This document shows positions 39,305-50,854 of a stretch of 64,000 bases of DNA, piece after piece. The notes below the pieces were generated by a model that had not been told where the DNA came from, made no database searches, and was given only the letters and a program-made list of their open reading frames with translations. This DNA comes from Basidiobolus meristosporus CBS 931.73 (lineage: Eukaryota; Fungi; Basidiobolomycota): NCBI GenBank assembly GCA_002104905.1, contig MCFE01000349.1, forward strand, positions 25,113-89,112, read 5' to 3'. Each line of letters begins with the position of its first letter. The first letter of the stretch is position 1. The position numbers and the translations under genes were made by a program.

Positions 39305-40588
39305 ATGTCTGCCTTAATCCTTTTGCTCCCCGAGGATTGCTGGGACACCATATTCTCCTATTTAAATCTCGACGATTTACTCAATCTCTCTTTACAGTGC
39401 AAACCCTTGTATGATCTATTGACCTCTCGCCAGGATTCCTTGTGGAGGACGAGGTTGTCCGAGTTCTTCCCCGGTCTCACCAAGGATATCCGGGTGGTGC
39501 CTGAGGTCCCTGACCACCACCACCACTCTTACCCGGAAATAAAGTATTTACGCTTGGGCGTGCCAGGCGCACTCCGCAACACTACCCCTGAATGTCCACT
39601 AGGCTGGAGATACCCGAGTATCCCCCGATTGAACACCGCCAAGAATCTATGTCTGCTGCTACGAAAGATCAGCAACATCCAGGACGCGCTTGTCAACAGT
39701 ATCTTGCAGACCTCGAAGAACACTACGACGGCCTCACCACACCACCAGGCCCGAGCTCGAAGCACGGACTCATTCGCAGGGGAGAAAAGATTTGTACAGG
39801 AGAGAGGGACTCCCAACCGTTTGCTGGAATTGATCGAATTCCAAGAACGCTTCGACCTGACCCTACCAGTTGACTATGTGTATTTCTTGCTTAAACACGC
39901 GCATAAATTCTGGTGGAACCCGGAGTGGTTGAGAATGTCCTCTGTCCCGGGCGACGGAAGCTTCGTCTTTACCGGACCAAGCCCGCAGCACAACGGGAGG
40001 AGCGAGTTCAGAGTGATCCCCAGCGAAAGTCTACTGGACCACCACCCGGAGCCATACCTAGGGGAGCTGGTGGAGTCGCAGTACGACTACTGGAAATACC
40101 TCGCAGGGGAACGCCGGTTTCTTCGGATCACCTCGCCGGTCGGGGAAGAAAGCGAACGATACCTCCTGCTGGAAGTGACCGACCATACGGAGTCGGACTT
40201 CGGCGCTGTTTACTACGTCAACAATGCAGGGGACTCCAGACAGCCGAGGGAGTTTGACGAAGAGGACTACATGCCACGCACTCCGTTATGGAGCCATTTC
40301 ACCTTCACCGATTTCCTGGGCCGCTTCGCCAAAGCCAGCCTGACCGTCAACCTGGTTCCACACCGATTCTTTTACCAAGTTGGGTTCCACGAGGAATTCA
40401 AGAACTTCCTGGAAGAAACGGAGCTTTTCGAGAGGCCGCAGAAAACGTTCACCACCCAGGTGTCCTGCTTGCACGTGACCCGTCTCCCCTTCCCCCTCTC
40501 CGACCAGGAGCTGCTGTTGGAAGAGAACATTGGCGTGCTCAACACCAAGGAGCGAAAGTGCACCTGTACAGATGATTCCGATTGGTGA
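39305..40588 (+). CDS. F-box + SMI1/KNR4-like domain protein (427 aa, single exon)
   Basis: N-terminal F-box LLLLPEDCWDTIFSYLNLDDLLNLSLQCKPL and SMI1-like ELIEFQERFDLTLPVDYVYFL. Confidence 0.8.
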   Translation: MSALILLLPEDCWDTIFSYLNLDDLLNLSLQCKPLYDLLTSRQDSLWRTRLSEFFPGLTKDIRVVPEVPDHHHHSYPEIKYLRLGVPGALRNTTPECPLGWRYPSIPRLNTAKNLCLLLRKISNIQDALVNSILQTSKNTTTASPHHQARARSTDSFAGEKRFVQERGTPNRLLELIEFQERFDLTLPVDYVYFLLKHAHKFWWNPEWLRMSSVPGDGSFVFTGPSPQHNGRSEFRVIPSESLLDHHPEPYLGELVESQYDYWKYLAGERRFLRITSPVGEESERYLLLEVTDHTESDFGAVYYVNNAGDSRQPREFDEEDYMPRTPLWSHFTFTDFLGRFAKASLTVNLVPHRFFYQVGFHEEFKNFLEETELFERPQKTFTTQVSCLHVTRLPFPLSDQELLLEENIGVLNTKERKCTCTDDSDW

Positions 40589-40682
40589 AGGGAAATAAAT
40601 GAACTTTATTATGATGAATGAACTCTCCTCGGGTTTTCTAGATGAAATCAAAAAAGGGGGGAGGTGTTCAGTTGGTATTCAA

Positions 40683-42132
40683 TTAAGCGACTAGTTTACA
40701 TTCATCTTTCTTGGGTGTCTTGGACTCGATGTACTTGAAGAACTGTTCGACAGGGCAGGAGTGCAGATTGCACCACTCCTCCTTGAGGGCAAGGACCTTG
40801 CCGTTGAAGATGATACGGAGGTGGTAGGAGTTGTCCTTGCGCTGCCACAACTCGAAGAGCAGGTTGGAGGCGTAGGGTGGCCATCTCATGTCCTTGGCAT
40901 GGAGCAATCCCAGGACACCGGTCATGGTGTCATCGTGGCCGGAGAATACCTCGAATGGCTTGGCGGACAGCTTGCCACCGTGCTTGGAGACGTTCTGAAG
41001 CTCCTTGACGGCGATCTGCATACGCTCTTTGATGTCCTTCAGGACCCAACCAATGAGCACGCCGTTTACTTCATCGGCGAGCTTGGCATCACGATGAGTG
41101 TAGGTGTATTCGACGTCGATGGCACGGAACAAGGTGTGGGACATGGCTTCGGTGACGCACTTCTTACCCTTGCATGGCAGCTTTTTGTTGTGGCAGGAAC
41201 GAGCGCGGATGGAATCCACGTAACCGACCATGGTGTTCTGGCGATCGGGAATGGATCCGGTATCAAGGATCTCGTCGAGCTGCTTCTTCAGGGGGGCGAC
41301 CTTCTTCCAGTAGTTTTGATAGTATGTGGTGTTGATCATCCGGTCGGAGATCTCTCCGTAGCGGGGGCATCTCACCTTACTGAAGAGGAGGGTTTCCACC
41401 TCGGTAGGCTCGAATACAATCGGGATGGTCCAATGGCTACTGGCTCTGTCTTTGACGGGATAGAGACCGGTGAGCAGGGACTGAACGGACTGCTTGGTAC
41501 GCCTAATCAGCAAGGTTAGTTCGAGGGCTCATCGAAATACACCACTGGTTGAACTCACCAGACATCGCTGCTGCGGATGTAGAATGCTCTGGGGTCCTTC
41601 AACTTCTCTGGGAGATAGCCGAGCTTTCGCACATAGATGTCGCGAAGAGATTTCCCTAACTTCATGTGCTGGAGCATTCCCCTAGCGGTCAACTGGCCAT
41701 TCACGCAGGAACCCTTCCAGAAGTTCTCGGAGAGTGCGTTCACCTGGGGGATGACCACGTCGTATTCGAAGGATCCGCTGTCGAAGTTGACTCCCTGGTA
41801 GCTTCCGTACATGCGAGAATGGTCCCGGATCTGGTCACAATCCCAGGTGACATCGTGTTCGTTGGGGTTGGGATAGACGGGGGAACGATCGCCATGACGG
41901 ATCAAGAGCTGGAGATGGACAAGCTTGGCATTTGGCTGTGAAAATCAACGGTTTAGAAGGTGGAGGAAGCTCGACGGAGCAGCAGGCGGCTTACCATGGG
42001 CTTGTAATCCTTGGAGCTGGGTCTGGGTGCCTGACAGTAGTCATAGGCATCGGAGTAGAGGCCGGGAGCACCGTTGACGGCTACGATCTCCAGGGTTGAC
42101 AACCCAGCAACTAGAGCAAGAAGGAAACGCAT
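40683..42132 (-). CDS. Secreted histidine acid phosphatase, 3 exons
   Basis: Signal peptide MRFLLALVAGLSTLEIVA, RHGDRSP, GQLTARG, and catalytic HD in FSGHDDT, followed by WPPYAS. Confidence 0.93.
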
Positions 42133-43475
42133 GTTCGGAATCTCAGATAGCGAGGAGTAGTGATCGACATGGTATTTATAGGAATGGGTTTAATCTAATG
42201 CTTGGTGGTTGCGAAAGCGTGGCCTGACATTCAGCAACGCAACTGAAAAACATTAGCCAGCAACTTTCTCAGTCCGAACCGGTTTTTCCCATTTGGAGTG
42301 GACAATCCAGAGTTGACACTCGCAGGTGATTTGTTCGTACTGCATGCAATTGTCGGAAACCACACATGATTTGCTCTGAGAGTGGGAGTTCTGTGTATAA
42401 GGTACTTGTGAGGATTTTCTATTAGTTCCCACCACTGGGTTGGCCTCTTTCATATGAAATGACTGGAGTTCATTTACCGAATTTGTCAAGCGGGCATCAT
42501 GTTTCAGCTGAAATGGAATGAGCTTTGAGACTACGCCTGCTGTCCGACAAATGAGGTATGTCACAACAAAAAACTTCCTAACCTAGGCTTTAATCTTGGG
42601 GTAGAGGTGAAGCGGGTTGGATTGTGTCCGACGCCCCAGTTCCACACACCTGGAACTGGAAATGGTCGGCAAAAGGCTAATACATTGGTAGTGGGCCGAG
42701 AATTATCCAACCATCATCATCATGGCTTCAATGGAGTAAACCCGGCATACGCAAACCCATTTATTTGGTTGAATAAATTCAAACAGTTCTTGCAGGGAAA
42801 AGGTGGTTGTTTAATGAGGTGCATGGAATGTCGCGAGTAAACACCTTGGGTGTATGGCAATTGTGGGTGATTGACAGGTCGAAACGAGGGCTTTCTTGGG
42901 GAGGGGAGTGCGAAAATGAACAAATTGCAAGAGAAAATCGAAGATAAATAAAAAAGATCCGAAAATGAACACTGCGAAAGAGAGCTGATCCATGATACGA
43001 AAAAGAAGGGTTATAGAAATCACAAAAGTATCTCAACAAATAATGGGTGGAAAGAAGGGCGATATAGTCATAAATAGGGGACAAAAGAAAGCGAATTCGA
43101 TATATAATTAAGGACAGTGATATTATCATGCGAAACGGGGTTTTGGGCAGCGGAGGATGAAGAAAAAGGGACACGCGAATATAGGAATAGGCAGCCGGCG
43201 TGGATGGTTCACACCAGCCTCTGCGGAGGATCGGTTAACGGAAGGGCGAACATGAAGAAGTGGCAGAAGTGAAGGACGGTGATATAGATGTCGGAGTCAA
43301 TTGAAAGGATCAATCGGGCTTGCTGAAAATGAAGGAATACTTGATGGGGTGGTGGGATTAATATTGATATGAAATAATGCATGAGATTCGATTATGTATA
43401 GCGACATGTTGCCCAAGGAAAAGGTGTGGTGTTTGGCAAGGAAGTGTGGATCATCCACTTCGAGAATGAGTGAAC

Positions 43476-45035
43476 CTAGTAATGCTCAACACCGGTAGGT
43501 CTCCAAACACTCTGCTCCATTGCCAACTGCTCGGCCTCGAGCTTGCGTCTTTCTCTTTCTTGTTCGACCATCTGGATCAATAGATCGACAACACGATCAT
43601 TCTCTTCCTTGGTGCCTCGGATGATAAAACGCCTCTCCCCTATGTCTCCTCTGGGCACCTTCTCAATGCTTATGCGTGAGCTGGACATTCTTCTAATCTC
43701 GGAAATCTTACTTCCGCCTTTGCCAATGATACATCCAACTAGGTCACCAGGGATAGATATTTCTCGAGAGGTGATGTTGGAGCTATTAGGCATGGCTCTT
43801 GGGAAGGGCTCTCTAGAGAGCGAGAGGTTCTCATAGAAATCGTCAATTGGAATTGTGCGGTTGAAATCGGTACCACAGCCAGTTCTGACGATAGCTCTTT
43901 TGGTGAACTCGCGCTCGCGCTCCAGTCTTTCGCGGTCTCGGCTGCCTAACCCTGCTACATTCGCAGGGTGGTATAAAACGGTTCCGGCACCACGTTCCCA
44001 GTCTTCAATCAAGCATTTACCGATCTCTTGAACAGCGATACGAATAGCCTCGATGGATCCCTGAACTTCGATCACTCGCTCAGTGCTCTGCGGGAGCAGC
44101 TCCTTGGAAGCCACCATACGTGCATGCGACAGGTCTTGGATATGCTTGATCTTCACACCTTGTCTGCCGATAACCGTTCCCATTAGATTATGAGATATCA
44201 ATAATCTGATCACACCGGTCTTGCCCTCAGCAGATGCGGGATTAGTGAAGGCAGATTCTTGAGCATCAGGGGAGTTGTCCAAAAGTGCTTGCACGATCAT
44301 AGAATAGGCTTTGGCAACTCCCACGAGTGTGCCAGTAACCGAAAGAACCCTATCTGGAACTCCTTGAACGACTTTGGATACTCCTGCCTTGACCCCGGTC
44401 GAATCACGTAAAGCGGCGACGTTCCGACCTGATTTACCAATAATAATTCCTGCATCTTTAGAAGTCACCAAAGAGCGAAGGATAAAATTATTCAAAGAAG
44501 GTCTAGAATCGTGGATTGCAGGGTCGGAGGAAGAAGAAGAGATGGAGGCGGAGGCGGATCTATTTAGAATAGGAATGCTCTGGTCTAGACCAGTAACGGA
44601 ATCAAGGATAGGACGAACAGAAGGGACATACATATCGAAGTTTGTTTGAGGCGAGAGAATATGGGAAACATGCTGGTGGTCAAGTGACATGCGAGCAAGA
44701 CGTGCCAGCGTGTCCTCTTGAGCATAACTGGAATAGTTGACATCGGAGCGTGCAAGATCCAACCCCATACCCGGAGGTAATTCCCGCTGGTAAGGTGCAT
44801 AAGAGAATAAACTATTCTCACTTGTAACAGGTGGGGCCACTGTTGAGATGGGGTTTACGCGAGAGCTGAAACTTCTTCGCGAGAGTGAGGAGAAATAGTT
44901 CGTTATGTTATTGGTAGGGGAAAGTGGAGGTGGGGAACTGGGTGGAGGCGAATTAAGTGGTAGGGGTTCGTTGTCTGGAAATAGAACGAAACCAGAGTCG
45001 TAAAGAGACAGAACTTTGGGTGTTGAAGGGGGCAT
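43476..45035 (-). CDS. Triple-KH RNA-binding protein (Rnc1/Hek2/hnRNP K-like), intronless
   Basis: Three KH domains with GxxG loops: GIIIGKSG, GTVIGRQG, GCIIGKGG. Confidence 0.92.
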   Translation of the reverse strand: MPPSTPKVLSLYDSGFVLFPDNEPLPLNSPPPSSPPPLSPTNNITNYFSSLSRRSFSSRVNPISTVAPPVTSENSLFSYAPYQRELPPGMGLDLARSDVNYSSYAQEDTLARLARMSLDHQHVSHILSPQTNFDMYVPSVRPILDSVTGLDQSIPILNRSASASISSSSSDPAIHDSRPSLNNFILRSLVTSKDAGIIIGKSGRNVAALRDSTGVKAGVSKVVQGVPDRVLSVTGTLVGVAKAYSMIVQALLDNSPDAQESAFTNPASAEGKTGVIRLLISHNLMGTVIGRQGVKIKHIQDLSHARMVASKELLPQSTERVIEVQGSIEAIRIAVQEIGKCLIEDWERGAGTVLYHPANVAGLGSRDRERLEREREFTKRAIVRTGCGTDFNRTIPIDDFYENLSLSREPFPRAMPNSSNITSREISIPGDLVGCIIGKGGSKISEIRRMSSSRISIEKVPRGDIGERRFIIRGTKEENDRVVDLLIQMVEQERERRKLEAEQLAMEQSVWRPTGVEHY

Positions 45036-47855
45036 CTTGCTTAAGCGATGAAAACCTTCAGTTGAGTCAAACAAACCACCAAATGAAAGAAAATTAAGTA
45101 AGGTAACTAATAATTAGCAACAAAAGGCTTGTTGGACTTCAAACGTCACCGAACTAGAAATAGCGAAATATGGGATAAAGAAGAGAGTTTGCAAAGCCAG
45201 AAAATATTCTGGGAGATTGCGACTTGATAAAGACTACAAAATTTTTCACCCTTACAAAATACGGGGCTTTTTTTCTTTTTTTTTGACAAGGATTGGTGGA
45301 TACATTTTTGCCAGGGTAACTATCTATATCTTATGATCCTTAATTTTTGAATCCAAGAGTATTATAAGGGATAGCCATGATGTGATCCACTACGAAGCTA
45401 TGATTGGCCGCTTTGTGAGGCGCGCTAGATCCTATTGGACATCGCCAATTCTACCAACAATATCATTGGTAGAGCACGGAGGTGAGCGCGGTTAGTATAT
45501 CGTTCATTTTAGCCATGTATAAATACTTCATGTACTACGCCAATTTGGAAAGATTTAGACAAAGCGTGTTAAGCTAGTAAAGTGGGGCGCAAAGTTTGCG
45601 TACTATTCATCCGTAAAAAGGCATTAAAACCTAGTAGCGGGATGGTTATTGGGCATGAGACGGTAGCCTAATGTAATCCTTTTGGCCACGAGAATATCAT
45701 CCATGTCAAGCATCTCATGACACGGTAAAAGTGATGTTTCGTGTTTTTAAGTGCCCAAGGTACCTTGTCCACTGAGAACTTTTAAATAGTTGATAACTTC
45801 CATAGCGTTTCTTATCTTGATCGGATCGGTGCGGATCTAAGGCTGAGACTTTGAGGTATATTACCCAAATGTAATTACCTCCAGTACAAGTAGAGTGCAG
45901 CTCAATTGAGATAAATCTTTCTCCAAATAGAAATCCTTGAAACCCACCTTTGTCACGACCCTAACAACGATAAATATATCGAGAGGACGGATCATGAGGG
46001 ACCAATCACTAGAGGCACTATAGGCTTCGATCCTGTGGAGTTCATGGATTGTATACTGAACAGGGTGCATCCGCAACTGTTACTCTTCAAGCACAATGTC
46101 GATCACCAGCAACTCTTAATGAATATGCTGCTTATCATTGATATAGCTGAATCATTTAGTCCTTGTGAGAGCATGGTGACCTTACCCTGCGAGTGTAAAT
46201 TTACTTCCGTTCTTGTCGTATGAGACTTGGAGTTGGTCTTGGTGAGATACAACAAGGGAAAATTAAGATTGAGTGCCCTCGAGTGGGGTAAGTAGGCTGA
46301 ACGGGGTAGACAAGCGGTCGGCGTATGATTGGATCAATTTTAGAGTAATTCCTGGTTCCGCAATCTGAGCATCATTTAATGATGAAAACTTGGCCAATAA
46401 AGACCGGTGATTATTTTAGACATGATGAATCATATTTTGACGAACCATCCTATTGGGCATGAGGATCAACAATGGTTCTCCTATTCCTTGCAGCACGAGT
46501 TGCAAGGTGTTTTCAGGTGATTTTGCTTGCATAGCCCCTGAGCTATTAGTCAAACCAATACAGCCCAAGAAGCACCTACCAAGTGTGAATATTTACCTTT
46601 ATCTCACGTTCACATTCATGATCACCAGTCTACTCAAAAATGATTGTTGCAGGACTCAAACCCGTTTCAAGTCGATTCATGTGAAAATGACTTGTGAGGA
46701 CCTCTGAATCCTGACAACCAGTCAACAATTTGCAACTTGGCTTATTCCAGCTTCTCTTTTTCTTGATTCATTTGATTTGGAATGGTCTGCTTCGTTACCA
46801 GCCAGTGAGTAATGGTGCTTCGTCTTGTAAATATAGCTAAGCTCAAGCACAGAGGTGTCTACTACTACAGTCTATGTTACGCGAAGGCTATTTATATGAA
46901 CACTCTTCAGATGTCGTCTTAGTTTCTAGTGATAACGGTAATGGTTGGCCGGGATGTTAGATCCGGTGTCCGGCTTCCCTGGGAACGAGTGGAATACTCC
47001 TCGGTTTGGAGTTGGTCATTTTTTCCGTTTGTGCTAGTCATCCAATCAGTTTATGGATCATGTGCACTTGCTTTGCACATTTAGAGGGTTGAAGATCGCG
47101 GGAATGATGTCAACTATACCAGTTTGCTTTCACACATTACAGGACCCTTTAATCTGAAGTCCGTAGCTTATCGGCACTACTGTAATTAGTCGATATCTGC
47201 TTATTCGTTATCAATGCGCATCGAGCATTGAGCTACATTCTACGGCAGTATTTGGTATGGCGTCCAGAAGAGGCCGCTATCACGTGACTCTGTGATTTCC
47301 TCATTCCGTACGACGGCAAGTTCGTGAGAGTTTCTTCGCTCACTTATCGAGCTCGTGATAATGCAAATTCAGATGCTGCCAGTTTGACGTCCACTATGTA
47401 TTGGCTTTTTATATTAGTTACTGGGATGTCGTAAACACGGAGCATAGTCAGTTAACCAAGTGTGCTGTGCTGGCAAAGTAGCGGAATGTTGGTTTTATAG
47501 CTTATGAATGGGGTGTCGGTATTTTACGGATTTTACGGGGGATACAGGAGGGTGTTTTTTTTGCCTATCCCCAGTTGATCAAGGTTTAAATACTAGACGG
47601 AGAATCAATGCCGGTGAAATATTTACACTTCCCTGTCGCTTTATATATCTCTGGTGGTATCCGGGTGTAAAGGAATTATCACTGACTTTGACGCTTGTAC
47701 AACTCGTCCGACTATTGCAAATACCGTAAAAAACATAAACTAAAAGCTCTCTAAACTTGCGACCTGAATTTCTGCTTCAACCAAAGACAGTTCTAGTGAT
47801 AGCTATCTTACTATTTACACCCAGAGACGTTTGGAATAGACCGCCTATATTATCG

Positions 47856-48824
47856 ATGTTACGCTCCTCTTCACTGTTTCGCCGTGCCTACTCAACCGTG
47901 TTCACCAATCCAGAGATAGCGCAGTCTCAGTACGTAAACCACCTAAAAACCCAAAATTCATATGGAGAAGCCAACTTACGCATGCTGTTGATCGGTGCTC
48001 CAGTAAGTTTACAGCCTTTCCGTGGCATATTGGAGCTTCGCTAATTTCTCTGTTTTAGGGTGCTGGGAAAGGAACTCAAGCTTCAAGAATTCAGAATCAA
48101 TTCAACATTCTCCCCATCTCTAGCGGAGATCTGCTGCGTAAGAACATTGTTCAAGGGACAGAGGTTGGCAGAGTGGCCCAAACGGTTATGGCCTCTGGAG
48201 GTAACCAAATCTCCCGTATTACCACTCAATAAGATTCTAATTGGTATTTTGTCTATTGCGAATATAGGCCTGGTCTCTGATGATATCATGGTTGATTTAA
48301 TTGAGAACGAACTGAACGAGCTTCATATTCATGTAAGTTTAGGAAGGGGTTTATGACTGCGCCTATTTTGCATTAATGCTTATCTTCACATTTAGGCACC
48401 AGCCCAAAACTGGCTGTTGGATGGATTTCCTCGCTCGGTTTCCCAAGCCCAAGCGCTGGACAGTATGCTGCAGAAGAAGAATCGCAGGCTCAACCTGGTG
48501 ATCAACCTTCATGTGCCCGAGGAGGTGATTCTCCAGAGAATCATAGATCGTTGGGTACACATCCCAAGCGGGCGTGTGTATAATCTATCTTACAACCCAC
48601 CACAAAGGGCAGGATACGATGACATTACCGGAGAAAAGCTGACCAAACGTCCGGACGACAACCCAGAGATTTTCCAAAGTAGATTGAAGAAGTACCGGGA
48701 AGCAACCGAGCCACTCCTTGATTATTACGATAGCCAAGGTGTGCTTGCGACCATGTCCGGCCGCACATCCGATGAAATCTACCCCAAAATTTCTCAGGAG
48801 CTGAACAAGTGGATCCAGCAGTAA
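47856..48824 (+). CDS. ADK2: Mitochondrial GTP:AMP phosphotransferase (AK3/Adk2), 4 exons
   Basis: Presequence-like MLRSSSLFRRAYS, IGAP/GAGKGTQ, SSGDLLR, LLDGFPR, and AK3-type LID RWVHIPSGRVYN. Confidence 0.93.
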
Positions 48825-49243
48825 CATCCACGCCACCCTCGATTGCATCATTTTGTTTATTCTCCCGAAGTCCTCAAGATGCATCCACCACTTTTATATC
48901 CGTGTTAATGAACAATACATGAAGCCTCTCGTTTTTCCTTGATCATATGTAACAAATACTCCTCTCACTCGTCACTTGACTCGTCACTTGGTTCGAAAGC
49001 TTACCCGTATAAATACTCATCCATACACTTCCGCAGCGATCTTCTTTGCCTTAAATCAGCCGTCAAGACCCTGGACACATAACATGGTCAATGGTTTACC
49101 TTAAACGGCTTTCATGTAATTGAATAAATGGAGGGAAACCCAGAAATACACAACTATCCAACACGTTTATTTTATACATCGCCCAATACATTTAGAATAC
49201 ACTAATATACATACTATCAACAGCCAAGCGTAGTCAGGCATGG

Positions 49244-49477
49244 TTACTTGTTAGTCGAGCACATTGGTTTCAATGCAGGCTTCAGGGGGCATGCGTCTGC
49301 AGAAGGAATGCCATGTTCACCAAGAACCAAAAACTTTGATGGGTGGGCGTCGCTCAAGCCTTGCTTTTGGGCTCTAAGGCTATTCTTGATGGCTTTGTTT
49401 GAAGGAAGGTAGGTGATCGAATTCTTGCTAAGGTCAAAAGAGACCCGGTGAGTATTGCGAGAGGCAAATTGTTGCAT
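49244..49477 (-). CDS. Small protein with RVxF-like motif (may have an upstream exon)
   Basis: 77-aa ORF containing RVSFDLSKNSITYLP and LKPALK, preceded by a branch/acceptor (CCTAAC...CCAG). Confidence 0.45.
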   Translation of the reverse strand: MQQFASRNTHRVSFDLSKNSITYLPSNKAIKNSLRAQKQGLSDAHPSKFLVLGEHGIPSADACPLKPALKPMCSTNK

Positions 49478-49908
49478 TGAGTAGGTTTCTAGTTTGGGTC
49501 TGGTTTGAGCAGGGTTAGGTGAGGTGGTTATCTACTTATACGAAAATCCCCAAAACCTGAATCTCGGGATCGGTCAGATGAGTGCGCTATATTTTCAACA
49601 ATTCGGGTGTTCTCAACATCTACCCAAATCTAGCCTAAAGCTTCTACCTAGTTCTGGTGCCGTTTAGCCTTTGATATTTCTCAATTATTTACCGTAACGG
49701 AATCCAATTTGGCCAGCTAGGCTGAAGATGGGAAATCGTCAAGCCACATGATCCACGCTCCAGGAACTATTATCCGAAGGTGTCGTGATTATTATTCCAG
49801 AGTGAATGGTTTATTCATGATTTCTTTGGATGGTGGATTAGTGATAATGGTTTCCAAAAAGGTGAAGGGATAGGTGTAGAGAAAGCTCGAAGATGCCAGA
49901 GCTTTCAA

Positions 49909-50384
49909 TTAATCCATTCTCCACTAAATATATAGATTCTAGTTAGCACGAAGACAGGTTCAATGAGAACACTAGCCGAGTAATTACCACTAAATTATCG
50001 GGAACCTGTTGAGGTTCGTTTTGGGCCGACGGATTCTTTTGTTGCTCCTTTAACTGTTTACTGAGTTTACCACCTCCCCCTTGTATGCCCCTATTTTCCG
50101 CCTAGTCACAGGGGTGCCAAAATACGTAAGAGAGAGTTTTGTGTGGAAGGGCGTGTTCTAGTATAGTGGTAACTTACTTTTTTGGCGCGTTCTTCTGCTG
50201 CAGCAAGTATGGCTGATCTATCAGCTGGTCCAGCCGATGAGCTGCCATTTCCTCCCGCACTCTGTGAGCCACCAAGCCGCTGGGCCTTAGGGGGGGAAGT
50301 GATGGTTTTTCCTTGATAATTGGGTTGGCCGGATGATACCCGGGCTGTTTCTTCACTTGAACTACTGGAGCAGCAATTACCCAT
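49909..50384 (-). CDS. SVIP-like small acylated protein (111 aa, 3 exons)
   Basis: MGNCC N-terminus and VIM-type RSAILAAAEER. Exons 50384-50178, 50101-49988 and 49923-49909 splice in frame with GT-AG borders and end GGGGKLSKQL...LVWRMD. Confidence 0.8.
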
Positions 50385-50854
50385 TCCTTTTGGTAGATGG
50401 CAGCAATGGTATGGGGAGCGAGGTTTTTCTTATTAGCTACTGTGTGCAACTTTCGTGGGTTTCAAGGACTGTCACTCAGCCTAGGGTTAATCAAAGTTAG
50501 TCTTCACTAAGCCCAATTCTGAACGTGATGGAAAGGCCAATTCGTAGAAGTTCTATTGGCAGATGGGATACCCGTCTAATTGATGGTGATTTATTTGAAT
50601 CAAACATGTATGAATATGTCCATGATTGAATATCTCCGTTAAAGTTGAACTGTACATTTACTTGTGAGACGAAAGTGAATGGTATAGTGACAGTATCCGT
50701 ATAAAGAGTTAACAAAGTAAGAAATACAAATGATTTAAAGATAGATAGGCAGATGTAAGAAAAGAGGCCAGTTTTCTAAGGTACGGTAGTGTGAAGGGTA
50801 GGAAAGAAAGGAACGAGGATAGATAATTTTCAAAATCTATTAGTGTAACTGGGG

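Noticed and set aside
40761-41519. 252-aa plus-strand ORF antisense to the acid phosphatase
   Set aside because: Expected stop-poor shadow of a GC3-rich gene; no recognisable domain.
39305-42132. GC-rich block as a bacterial horizontal-transfer island
   Set aside because: The phosphatase has GT-AG introns and a eukaryotic signal peptide, and F-box is a eukaryotic domain. Codon bias explains the shift.
43476-45035. Intronless KH gene as a recent retrocopy
   Set aside because: No poly(A) remnant or TSD is visible and the ORF is intact, so it cannot be supported without the parental paralogue.
45100-47750. 2.6-kb gene-free interval as a hidden element or ncRNA
   Set aside because: No repeats, terminal structures, tRNA or snoRNA boxes, or convincing ORFs seen. 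It is compatible with divergent promoters of the KH and ADK2 genes.
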